Positions 29,746-41,182 of a stretch of 64,000 bases of DNA are shown piece by piece. Position numbers and translations under genes: made by a program. Position 1 is the stretch's first letter, and each line of letters starts with the position of its first letter. The notes under the pieces are model-generated. The model saw only the letters and a program-made list of their open reading frames with translations. It was not told where the DNA came from and searched no databases. Location: positions 1,612,001 to 1,676,000 of the forward strand of contig CDLV01000004.1 in NCBI GenBank assembly GCA_001244265.2. Reading direction: 5' to 3'. This stretch comes from Microbotryum violaceum. Its lineage: Eukaryota.

Positions 29746-32700
29746 TTATTGGGTTGCGCGACGAACCATCTGCCGAGATCAAGCGGATGACCCGGTCAGC
29801 AGAAGGGCAAGATAGTGAACCACCGAAAGCACGTCCACTGACCTCCTTAGCCCATTTCGAAACTTTTTTGGTCTCTGAACCACCAAGCTTGGTGCGGCCA
29901 GCCTTGAGCATGTCGGCAACCCAAGGTGAGCTGAGGGCCTCCCTGAGTTGACCCTCCGGAAAGGCTTCGGCGATATCCCCGATAAGCCCAATTGCTGAAC
30001 GTAACAGGGTTTCGGTACGGTCTGGATCAGAGAGGGCCAGATGGACGAAGGCGAAAATTGAATTGAGATATGGGAGGAGTATATCCGACTTGCTAACCGT
30101 CTTGAGACCGCTGACGATGCCGGTATAGGCTTCAAGCAACGCCTCGCGCAAGGTCATCACGTAGTCGATGAGATCGTAATTGCTCTGTAAGATGGTGCGC
30201 AGAGGCAAAGTCCGGTAAGTCTTCATGGCGTAGTCGTCGAAGCGGGCCGCAGCCGGCAGTACTGACCGTGTCTACTTGGACTGTTCCAGCCTGTTGCAGC
30301 ACCGACATCGTTGTTTCAAGGAATGGCTCGAATCCAGGTCCGACCGCCAAGGCAATGTCACCGAAGCAGCTGATGATGGGAGGCTTCACGCTTCGATGCA
30401 GAACCGTGCTCTGTAGATCGGTGAGCAGGAGCTCCATAAAAACTTGACAGTACGGGAGGCTGGCTTCGCCCAGTGCCCGACAGAAGTCGCCGATGAGCCC
30501 AACCGCGATCGAGCACAACTGGTACTCTTCGTGGGAGTTGAGAGCATTGACGAGAAAAGGGAGAAAGGCCTGAAGATAAGGATGGAAGTTTTCATCGAGT
30601 GCAGCCGTGATAGCGCCGATTGCAAGAAAAGCGTCCTCGAGGATTGGGGACTGCTTCCCGGCTGAGCTGACGAGCCGGAGGAGCAGAGTCATCATCCGAT
30701 CGGCAAGAGGCTGAATAGTGCGAGAGAGTCGCCGTGTGACGCTCTGTATGTATGGCGCATTATCCCTAGGTCAGTGGTCTGCGAAAAGACTTGCATGGGA
30801 CGGGTAACGAACCGTGAGAACCGTGCAGATGTTGACCTGAAGTTCGTTGTAGTTGTTCCGGTCATCCGCGCCAACCAATTGGCTCTGTCGAAGAGAAGGT
30901 CGCTTGAGCAGAGAGCGGACTTGTTCTACAGGATGGAGCTTACCTGCAGTGCCAGAAGAGTCTCGGAACGATCAAGCAAAGCAAGCACGAGCTTGGAAAT
31001 CGTAGGTAGGGTGTCTTTTGAGGCGTGCGTTACGAGTGTCGACAAGGCCTCGTAGGCTGAAGTTCGATCACTTGCCTCATTTGTGCTCCTGTGAAGCAAG
31101 CATAAGCAGAAGTTCCCATTCACGGCAAAGGGACAAGCAACTCACTTCTCGGCAAGCCGAAGCAACGCGGAAACGATGCCGTCATAGTATGGACTCATCT
31201 CCGTAGACTCAGCTTGGGCATCGCCCAGTTGTTCCGCTAAGTTCATGATGCTCCAGCAACAATTACTGACGATGCGTGGTGATTCTTCGAGACCGCGGAC
31301 CAAGGCTGTAACCAGCGGTTGCAGTTGGGCATCCAAGTCGATGGTCTTGATTAGTACATCGGTAATTCGTCCGAGCGTCCATGCAGTGGTGTCGCGGACG
31401 TGCATCGAGGGGTCCTGCATCATCTCGATCAGCATCGGAAGGGCTTGCGAAACGAGGGGCATCAGGGTTTTCTCCTCGGGTCCATCCAGAATCGATCCAA
31501 ACGCCATTACCGCGGCTTCCCGCTTGCGCCAATCCGCGTCCTTGATATTCGTCTCAACGAAGGGGATGATGGGGGGCACGATACCATCGCCAACGCATTG
31601 CGCGAGAAGTGCCAAGCAAGTCCCTGCCGCCATGGAGACATTCCACTCGTCCTCGGTCGTATCCTCTTCCTGCTTGAGAAGCAGCTGCAACAAGACGGGC
31701 AGGATTTCTGGTAGCGCAATGCGAGCAAAATGCGACGAGTCACGTTCCGACTGGTCACCATACTCGGCTGCCTCCTCGGCGTCCAGCGCGAGCTCGATCT
31801 CCTCGTCGCAGACGGTCGACCAGAATTCGACGGCTTGCAAAGCCACTTGCTCGTCAGCGTGCTTCATACCCAGTACGGTCAACTGATGGAGTTCGGCTCG
31901 GCGTAGACATTAGTGGCGACCGAGAGGCTTCAGGGGGGACAGCCTGCGGCCAAGGGTACGGGCACTTGACTCACGCCAAAGAGCGCTCGCTCCATGTAGT
32001 GCTTCATATAGTCGTAGTACAGGCTCATGATACGAACGAGACATTCGAATGCGGCAACCTGAACGTCGGACGACGGTGACTGCGTCGCCTCACAGACCAC
32101 TTGCATGATGTAGTTTCGTTCTCCCTATCGGTAACACCGCGAATCACAAAATCACGGATCAGTCACGCCGGAGGCACGAGCCACGTGTAGGTAGAGAGAA
32201 GGCTCGCAACCCACCTCGCGCTCAAAATTCTCTTTGACGAATTCAAGAGAATTGTAAAGGGCGTGGACAGCCGCTAGCTGCACCTCCGGGCTAGCAAATT
32301 GCCGGCGAACGAGGTTATGGAGTCAGAATTCTCGACGTGCATGGCCTGCGAGACTCGGGTCACACACCTTGGCTCTTCCTTTCGAACGCCTTGCACGACC
32401 GCGGTCAGAATCTCATTTGATTGACTCGCCAACAGCTCGGGTTTCTGTGGGTGGACAGTATAAGCGGTCACATTTAGTCAGTTTTCGGCGCGCGTGTCGA
32501 AGGGGGTCAGTCCCGCCAAGCATTGCATCGCCTCTGCCCAGGAGCGCGGGTGCGCATATCGTCACAGACACGTCCCGCTACACGGATGCTTCAGTGAGAC
32601 GTAAGAGATGGCGCCGAAAATGAAATGGCGCCTGGAGCGAGTGCAGGAGGTACCGGGGCCGCGATCTGCTTCCGGAGCGCGGCCAGGGGCTGCCGGACGG

Positions 32701-33221
32701 GGAAAGCTGAAGCGCACCACAGCGCGGGCGCGACTCACGATCGACTCGCAGATGTAACCGATCGCCTGCAGTGTAGCCTGCCGCAGACCTGGGTTGTCAC
32801 CGTTGGCGACGAGCTCGAGCAGCTGCGCGATCAGGGTGGGCCACATGGCCGCGGGCACCTCGATGGCGGCGATGGCGGCCACGACTTGGCCCGCGACGTT
32901 GCGAGCTCCGCGATCGGCCGCGGCGAGGGTCGACAGCACGGCATGCTTGAGCTGGGTACGTGTCGCGGGGTCGAGCGACTTCCAGCGCTGGGCATACTCG
33001 TCGGAGCGGCTCGTGTCGCGCGCCGAGAGCGCGTTCTTGATCGCGAGGCCGGCCGCATTGCGCAGGTGGGAAGGCAAGTTGACGTCCGCCAGCGAGTTGG
33101 ACAGCGAGACGAGATACTGTGTCGGACTCGAGCTGAGGGACTGCGCCAGTTGAACGGTCGCATTCTCGCGTTCCTGCGCATTCGGCGACAAGGTCGCAGC
33201 CAAGAGTGTCGAGGCGTCCAT
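29746..33221 (-). CDS. KAP95: Importin beta-1 (karyopherin beta), multi-exon
   Basis: [81 protein letters not shown]; last exon MVRRATQ then stop. Confidence 0.96.
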
Positions 33222-33225
33222 GGCG

Positions 33226-33287
33226 GAGGCGAGGCGAGGTGAGGCGAGGCGAGGTGAGGCGAGGCGAGGTGAGGCGAGGCGAGGTGA
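33226..33287. repeat. (GAGGY)n pentanucleotide repeat immediately upstream of the KAP95 ATG
   Basis: About 12 GAGGC/GAGGT units. Confidence 0.9.
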
Positions 33288-34537
33288 GCGGCGCCGTGGA
33301 CCGACTAATGAGCGCTAGCGCGGCTTAGTCGTGTTGAGTGGTCGGAGAAGCGCGAGCGCGTGCACCGTGAAAAGGGCAGGCGATGCGGGCGGGCCTTGCT
33401 ATGCGAGGCAAACTGCGCGCAAACAGGCAAACGGCTGCTGACAGTCGACAGGCGCTGCGGCGAAGCAAGTGCTAGGTAAGCAGGTACGATGAGACTAGGG
33501 AGAGAGGGCAAACCGGCGAACGAGGGCAAAGGAGCAATACGCGCCGCGATACAGCTCGATCGAGCAGAGTTGGGAAGAATGCGCCAGTGGTGGGCAGATT
33601 ATTATGAACCGCTTAATCGATGACTAGGTGCTGACTAATCCACCTCCGGTAGTAGTTCCTAATCGTGGGTGAGCTGCCGTTTCGTTTCTGGAAAGTTCGG
33701 GGCGGTACCGGTGCTGGGGGGTGCGCTTGCGCTAACTCGCACGCGCCAAATTGAGTTGGCGCAATTGAGTTAGCGCACTTGAGTTGGCGCAGTCGAGCGC
33801 CCGAGTTAGCGCACTTGAGTTAGCGCACCGCGCCAGATCGGCAGGTCCATTAAGCCAGCAAAAAAAAAAAACCTCTGGCTATATATCTAAGCACACCAAA
33901 AAGTGGCGCGCGCGGCGCCCCTCCCAGCGCCACTCTTAAGCGGCGTACCCATACAGGTTCCCCCCCCCCCCCCCCCCCTGCAACCCGGGTTGCTCGAAGG
34001 CCCGAGGCCAAGGGCACACGGAGGCTTGTGTGGGCTCCAACAGTTTCATCTCATGTACGTGTGTGCTCAAATCAGGTCATTCGTAGTGTGTAATTCGTAT
34101 TTGGAACACTCAGTGTCAATTTTTTCGGTAAACTATCAGCGAGGAGAGGTTCGATTAGGAAACATCATTACTAAAGTGATAAAATGACATTATTGAACGT
34201 GATGGAGTCTCGTGCCCTTTCACCACGCTAACAAACGCAAGCGACACTGAGTGACAACGAGCGACTTGACGCCTCCTTGACGCGCCGCTATCGACCACGT
34301 GCAGTCCTGGTCTTACCCCTTCCTGTCGCCGTTACGCTCTTCGTCATATATCTATACTTGACGCCATCCGACGATCCGATATGTCCAGCCTGTCTGCTCC
34401 CAGCAACGCGTCAGACTTTGCCGCTCCCACCCGTGAGACGCGTCCTCGTGTTTGTGATATGGGTGGTCCTTCTGCTCACCACCGTTCCTCGCTGTTTCTG
34501 CACAGCTGCTTCGGTGCAATCGACCAACAGCGCAGAC

Positions 34538-36196
34538 ATGGGGTCCGTACTGTCTCCAATTACGGTTCAGACCCAACAGAACCACCTTCCTGCGCCCAGC
34601 GGCGCGACTTCCGAATGTGGACGAAGCACACCGCTCGCCTCAAGGCCGACCTCGTCCAACTCAATTGATCAACAAATCAAACAGTTCAGGAAGAGATTCG
34701 AGCTCTCCATGATGCCGTTCGTGCGTTGCCTTCAACTTCGCGAATGTCGTCGTCGTAGAAGCAGCGCCATGTGCTCTATGGCTTGCAACGTCGCCTCGAG
34801 ACAATGAAGTATTGTCTGCATCACGGCGTTCGGGACGACGACCTCGACGCGTACATGCCTCGTGCGATCCGAAGGAATGTCACAAACGACTGGAATGCTT
34901 TCAAGACGAGCCGCTTTTTCCACTGTCTCGTCGAGAAGGACGGACTCGAAGGTGAGCGCGGCGTCTGCCTTTCTAGCTCATCCCGAGATCGTTCATTTTG
35001 GCATTGCAAGACGCTCCTTTACGCTTCTTTGACTCACAAATTGATCACTCTGTACCCCTACAAAGTCTCGAAAGATTTTTCTACGCTAAACACAATTGGA
35101 TTGCGCTACTGGGAAAAAGTCAAAGACTCGCCAGATCTTTATGAACAATGGAAGGAAGCGTGGGCAAGTGAAGCCGAAGCGCGTGAACATGAGCAGACCA
35201 CTCGTCCCTTCAAGCGATGGCGAATCAATCCTGCTGCCATCACCAAACCGAGTCACAAGTACGAAAAGACGATACACGAACTGGTCCGTGACAATTCAGC
35301 TCTTCTCGTTGGGCTCTCCTCAATTCTCATGATCCTCCCGCTGACTTAGATAGCTTGGCACTGAATCAGGTTAATCAGCATGCTGACACCTACGGATTCG
35401 ACGCGTTAGTCATCGTCGGCTCGAACAAGCTCGAGAATAAAAATGATCGTTTCATTGTTTCGACGCTTGGCGGCGCAGCTTTCATGCGGCGCCAAAGCTG
35501 GGGTTCTCAAAAGAACGATGTGCTCGTTAACTTCACGGAATGCATAAATGGCACCCGGTTCAATCAGGAGCGAGACGAGCAATTCAAGATGGAAGGTCTG
35601 TCAGACAAGCTTCAGAACGGACCTTGTGCTCGGCGATAGATTGGTGCTGATTCCAAGAACTGATGAGCAGCTCATCATGGTGATGTTGACAAGGCGTCTC
35701 ACCGAGTGCTCTGCACATGGTATCGCATTATCATTGAAGATTACTATAGTAAGCAATCACTCCACCGCTCTGCGCCCACATTTGGCAGCCCATGACTGAA
35801 GTTTTGTGGCCGTGCAGATCAAGCGCTCCGTCGTCGCCACAACAGAAACGAGTCTATTCAGCCCTACGTGCCTTGCTTACGAGCTACAACCAGGAAACTC
35901 TTGCGAAGGATCCAACCGCTCTTGTTGTCGAGCTCGGAAACGGTCTTCACGAGCGTGATTTCCGCAGTCCTACCAATGGCAAGAAGCCGACCGTTGACAA
36001 TTTGAGAAGAATTATTCCATTGATGCGACAGGGTGGGCTTACGTTTTCGCTCAAAGAGGATATCGGCCAGGTCTCTTTTGACCGCACTCCTGCCGAGAGT
36101 ACTTTGATGAGCGAGCAGTCGGAAACGGAGCCAGAAGACCAAGACACTGGATCTGATTCTTGTTCTGATTCTGATTTGGGAGCTGCAACATTTTGA
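34538..36196 (+). CDS. KDZ cargo gene 1, multi-exon, possible divergent HMG-like protein
   Basis: Spliceable ORF chain; RRNVTNDWNAF and ..IGLRYWEKVK..YEQW; acidic C-terminus. Confidence 0.5.
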
Positions 36197-36299
36197 TTCC
36201 GAATCCGACTACATTTCTGTTGTTCAGTATATTGTTGGTGCGCCTATCGCGCGTTGAGGTAGATTGCCAAACTTTTTGTAGTCGTTGAGGTGATATCAA

Positions 36300-37200
36300 C
36301 CTGTGTGTGGCAAGAGGTATTCAACAAGTTTCCACGCATCTTGACTAGCTTGACTATCCGTCCGTTGATCAATTATGCGACGCATTTTTGATCGCAAGGC
36401 AAATCGCAAAGCAAATAGATTTACCCGCGCTAAACGTTTCAGATTTTACTCCGTAGATTCAGGCAAATAATGGATGTTCAAATAAAGTACTCACTCATCC
36501 TACCGAATGTCAAACTGCAGTTAAGCTCGTCCCAGAGCTTGGGGGGTGACCAACAGCAAAGCACCCAGATTTCTTCGACTACTCCTTCGGACCCCCCGAG
36601 ACGCCGGTGAAGTGACAGCAGAACCTTGTCGAGAATGTCCTTAATAACACGCTTCGCGTAGGGTTCTTCAAACGGCGTGCCCACGGTGAGAAGGAGAGCC
36701 GAGATTATTCGTTGGCGCTGGAACAATAGACATAAAACAGAAGCAGGGAACAAGGTAGTTCACCACTTCTGACCTGCAGACGCAAGATCGCAAGGTGTCC
36801 GAGCTTGCTAGCTGACCACGGTGTTCTAGCTGAGGGCCAGGGAAATACGACGCTGCATTACGCGTAATCAATGCCTTTTCTGCTGAATTGTCAATGGAAG
36901 GGGGCGTAAAGTCGGCATCGATATAGTGGCAGCTTGGTGCTGAGGCGTCAATGACTTCGTAGTAGCAATTCTCGTTGTTGGCCGAGTCGCTTGCATACAA
37001 GCTACAAGCGCTAGCGTTCATAGGTCGCGCTCGCGATCGGTGCCGACTACGTATTGCTTCACGCCCGTCGCCTGGGACAGACAATGTGCCAGGTGGCCAC
37101 TATATCTCGTCTCGTGCAAATACTCGATGATCTTGATCTTTGTGTCCCGCAGACAGAACCGCTGGTTGTAACTTGGTATGAATCGAGTCGCTAAGGGCAT
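36300..37200 (-). CDS. KDZ cargo gene 2, possible PrimPol/AEP-like gene or pseudogene
   Basis: TGVKQYVVGT followed by NCYYEVIDASAPSCHYIDADF; the frame join and 3' end are unresolved. Confidence 0.4.
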
Positions 37201-37354
37201 CGGATCGGCTGTGACGCGACGGTGTCGGTGATGCTGTGAGAGGAGAGAGCGCGCGCTCGGTGACGCTCGGTGACGCGAGGCGCGACGTGTACCCCCGGGG
37301 GTACACAGTGGGACACTTCTCTTTCTCACCCCTAACCCCCACTCCAAGTCCAAC

Positions 37355-38756
37355 ATGGCACCACGCGCCACCGAGGGCGAGCGCGCTTGGCTCGACATCG
37401 ACTCGCATCTCATCCGTGACGAGTCCGGCCAATGGCGTGTCCGTTGTGAACTTTGCAACAAACACTACAAGCTGCCTGGAGGGTACAGGTCACTCGACGG
37501 ACCAACTGTAGCACCGGAACATGCACATGAGGCCAAACGAAACCAAAAAAAAAAAATCATTCGTATACACAAGCGCGCGTTCAATTCGTCTACGGTCGAC
37601 AGTCGGTACAGATGCAACGAGGCGGCGTTTGAGCTGATCGGTACCGACTGTGAGGTCCAAGCAGTGAGTGCTAGACAGCTTTCCCAGGAGATCAGAAACA
37701 AACTATGTGGAATTCGGCTAAACCTTTGTTGATGTACTTATCTGATCTGATTAGGGTTTTGGCCACCTAAAGAAAAGATACCGCCGGCAGTTGCAGGCCA
37801 AGCTTGACATGTTGGAGGCGCCGGGGAAAGCGGACCGTGCGAGGCACGACGAGTGGGCGGCGGAAAGGGCGCGTCGGCTGGTGATGGAACCCAAAGACAT
37901 CATGACTCAAGACCCAATCCCTGAGGGCGTCGAAAATTTTGACTATGAGGTCCGGGAGGAGATCGACTACGTCATGTGGCCTGTTTGGGATGAATGGGCA
38001 GGGTACAAAGCGAATGGACGTCTGCCTCGGAGCCTGTTGACCGTGCTCATTCATTGGAGGAACGTGTTGTTCGATGCATACGATAACCAGAAGCGAAAGA
38101 GAGGTGGAGGGAGCGCGAGAGTTTTGAAGGAGTATAGGACCCGCATCCAAGACTTCGACGATATCCTCGCGCGCATCTTCACCGTCCCCGTCGACATTGC
38201 CGCCGAACATGAGGAATCGCGCCTATTCAGTGAAATCCTTTCACCCCTGTACCAAGAGTGCCAACGCCCCCTCCCTGAGGACGATGTAAGGACCGACGAG
38301 GACCAGGATGGGAGTGACCGTCTTTTAAAATGGATCCAAAAGGCGTACCGCCCTTTTCTGGGGAAACGTGTCCCGGACGATTACCGGGATCAGTTAGAAA
38401 GCGAACATCGCACCTGGCAAGCAGCGCTCAGACCATTTGCAACGACGGTGCTCGTCCACGTTCCCGAACCTCCTAAGCCGCCCACCGATGCGGACCTCGA
38501 GCCCGAAAGGAAGAAGATCTGGGACTCCTGGATTGTTGAGTGTGCCCACATGTGGTTGGCGCTGTCGAGCAAACAGAGGGACGCGTATTGTTGGATGCGC
38601 AAGAAGGGGTCCGGCGGAGAGGGCGCCGCGTCAATCTCGGGGCACGAGAGGAGGACGCGATATCGGAACACAGTTCGGCGACCGGCCAACATTCCGACCA
38701 CGGATCGGCAGCCGGTTCGGAGGCCGAAAGCAACCTCTCCACCCTCTCCGAGCTGA
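37355..38756 (+). CDS. KDZ cargo gene 3: BED-like Zn finger N-terminus and HMG-helix-like C-terminal motif
   Basis: W..VRCELCNKHY; 321-codon open exon 37791-38756; ECAHMWLALSSKQRDAY. Confidence 0.55.
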
Positions 38757-39303
38757 CCAGCCTGAGCGAGCTGGAGCGCGGCCTGGATACTGGGACATGA
38801 GGCACCATGAGTGTCAATTCACCGGTTAGGCGATCACCGTCCCGAATTTTCCGTGAGCGTGTGTAGCTGTCTAGCTTGTATGTTGTGTTAATGGAGATCC
38901 TGCTCTGCAATCATGATTCACCCCGAGGTAAAACGCACTCCGAAGGCGGAAATTCTAGTTCAATCTTAAACCTTAGGGCAGGGCGTAGATACACTACAAC
39001 AGAGTCCTGCGCCTTCGGAAACGAGGAAGCGGCGACGACATGCTTCATCAGTTCTAGGACACTCTTAACAAGCACTGTACAACCGGCGTAGCGGTATGTA
39101 GCCCCCGGAGGTACACATGACCGGTGCCCTCTCCAGCTGTATACTCCCGGGGTTCCACGGCTCAGGCGCGGTCCGTCGCCGACTGCACTACAACAAACTT
39201 CCACGCACCCGTTCAGAGCTCAGGATGTGTCTGCAGTTACTGAATGGAACACCCTCCTGCGACGAAACCGACAAAATATTCGTTTGCTACATCCGACTTG
39301 CAC

Positions 39304-40295
39304 TTTTTTTTTTTTTTTTGACTGGGGCTCATAAATTGCAATCCTTCGGGTTGGCTGGGACCGCTACAAAAAGAGCTAAAGGAGGTTATAAAGCAACGAC
39401 AGCAAGCAGTTGGGTGAAAGTCAAACCCCTGCGCGCAAACAGCGCTGCGCAGATCAAAGCCCGCCGAGCACCTAACGCGGACTCCAACGGGCGGTGAGTA
39501 CTGCTGCCGCTTCACGTCCCAAGAGCGGGAGCAAAGATACTCGAAAACCAGGCAAGAGCGCCTAGAGAAAGAAGGGGGAGAGTATACAGAAAGTCACGAC
39601 TGGGGATACGGAGAACCAGGAATACTAAGACAGAGAGGAGGGGAACACACCCGAGGGGCCAAGGGAGGGGGTCGAAGCCGGAGGTAGAGGTCCCCAGGGA
39701 CTAACAGGCCGCAGCCAAGCCCCAGCTACTCGTCACCCCGACAGCGCCTGATGTCCTCCCTTGGCTGAATCTCGAGTGCTGGCTGTTGAGCCGTCGGGGC
39801 CGAGAGAAAAGCGATCCAGTACAACGAAACGAGCCTCGCCTTGACGCGAGGATATTGACCAGAAACGAGCGACCTTCCTTCCCGAGCCATGCCGTAGATC
39901 TTGACCAACGCGAACGAACGAACCATTCAACGGAATCCAACACACGGCTTAGGAGTAAAAGGAGAAGTGGCTGAAGCGTAGTCAACAACCGAGCAACAGG
40001 AACGAGAAGAGGAAGGGAAGGGAAAAAGGGGGGAAAGGAGAGGGAAAAACTTCACAAAGCCTCCAACGCAAAGACAATCGACCTGGCTTGCCGATCCATC
40101 CAAGAACAAAAAACCGCTACTGCGCAAAGTAGAGAGAGAGAGGGAGAGGTGCGCAGCCTTCCACTGCGCAACAAGTTCCAAGACAGTCAGCTTCTAAAAG
40201 AGGAGTCGACCTCCGAAAAAGAAGGGAGGAAAGTTCTGAAAAGCCCGCAAGGCCAATGCACTTCTCCAGCTGAATCTCCGTTCGAACCACCGAGC
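39304..40295 (-). mobile_element. About 1-kb poly(A)-tailed retroposon inside the KDZ element
   Basis: Poly(T) tract at 39304-39319; 3' 300 bp match 7974-8271; no clear ORF. Confidence 0.7.
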
Positions 40296-40365
40296 AGTAG
40301 CTCAGCGGTCAGAGCAACTCTGATTAATAGAGTGGACCTGAGTTCAATTCTCAGTTCAGCCAAAC
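40296..40365 (+). ncRNA. 5'-truncated copy of the tRNA-like sequence
   Basis: Identical to the reverse complement of 56433-56502. Confidence 0.75.
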
Positions 40366-40395
40366 TTTCTTTTGTTTTCCAATTGACATGTTATT

Positions 40396-40657
40396 GTACT
40401 CCCGGGGCTACGCAAGGCGCAAGCGGAAAGCGCCCGTGTACTCCCGGGGGTACACAAGGCGCAAGCGGGGCCCCCGGGAGTACGCAGGCGCTTTCCCGCT
40501 TGCGCCTTGTGTACCCCCGGGAGTGATCACACCCTGCGCGCCGAATGACTGTGTACCCCCGGGAGTACACAGCTTTGTCGGCGGCACAGGCCGGGTCCCC
40601 CGGGGTTACACTCTTGTCGCGCGCCGACTCTGTGTATGTGTACCCCCGGGAGTACAC
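40396..40657. repeat. Array of about 7 palindromic GTGTACCCCCGGGRGTACAC motifs with a larger inverted repeat
   Basis: Direct reading; related copies at 37287-37306 and 39097-39157. Confidence 0.85.
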
Positions 40658-41182
40658 AGCCCCTACAATGTCCTTGGCCGATGAACCAATATCCCTGCTC
40701 ACTCGACTACATAAACTATCACGTCAACGGAGTAGGTATGCGGTGACGTATTTCATTGATTTTTGCTGACATATTATCGCAAGCACTGTACAACGGAGCC
40801 CCGTTGGACGCGTCTGGACCCAGTTCGGGGTGCTGTTGGAACAGAACAACTACAGCAACACCAATCCTCACCGCCCCCGCCCCCCTCTGGCAATGTTCCC
40901 CAACCTGAACCTGCAAATGTCAGCACCGATGCGCACCAATTCTTAGTTTTCAACTTAGCAGAACCTTCAAGCTTGTCACGTACTGCAGTTCGGTGAGTGT
41001 GGCTGTAGCGACCGGCTCGTGGGATCATGGTCGTCAATGCGTCAACGCCTCATTGAGGCTGACATCCATTTACTTTTGTGCACTAGCGTCCACAATCCAC
41101 CATGTGCGATATGGGCAGCATACAAAAAGCAAAGTCCTTCAATAACAAATAATCTAAAGTCAACAAATGCGCCAAACCATCC

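Noticed and set aside
40396-40657. CRISPR-like array
   Set aside because: Eukaryotic context, irregular spacing, spacers partly repeat each other, no cas genes
34000-41100. TET/JBP dioxygenase as KDZ cargo
   Set aside because: No convincing HxD...H...R double-stranded beta-helix motif set seen; a profile search is needed to exclude it fully
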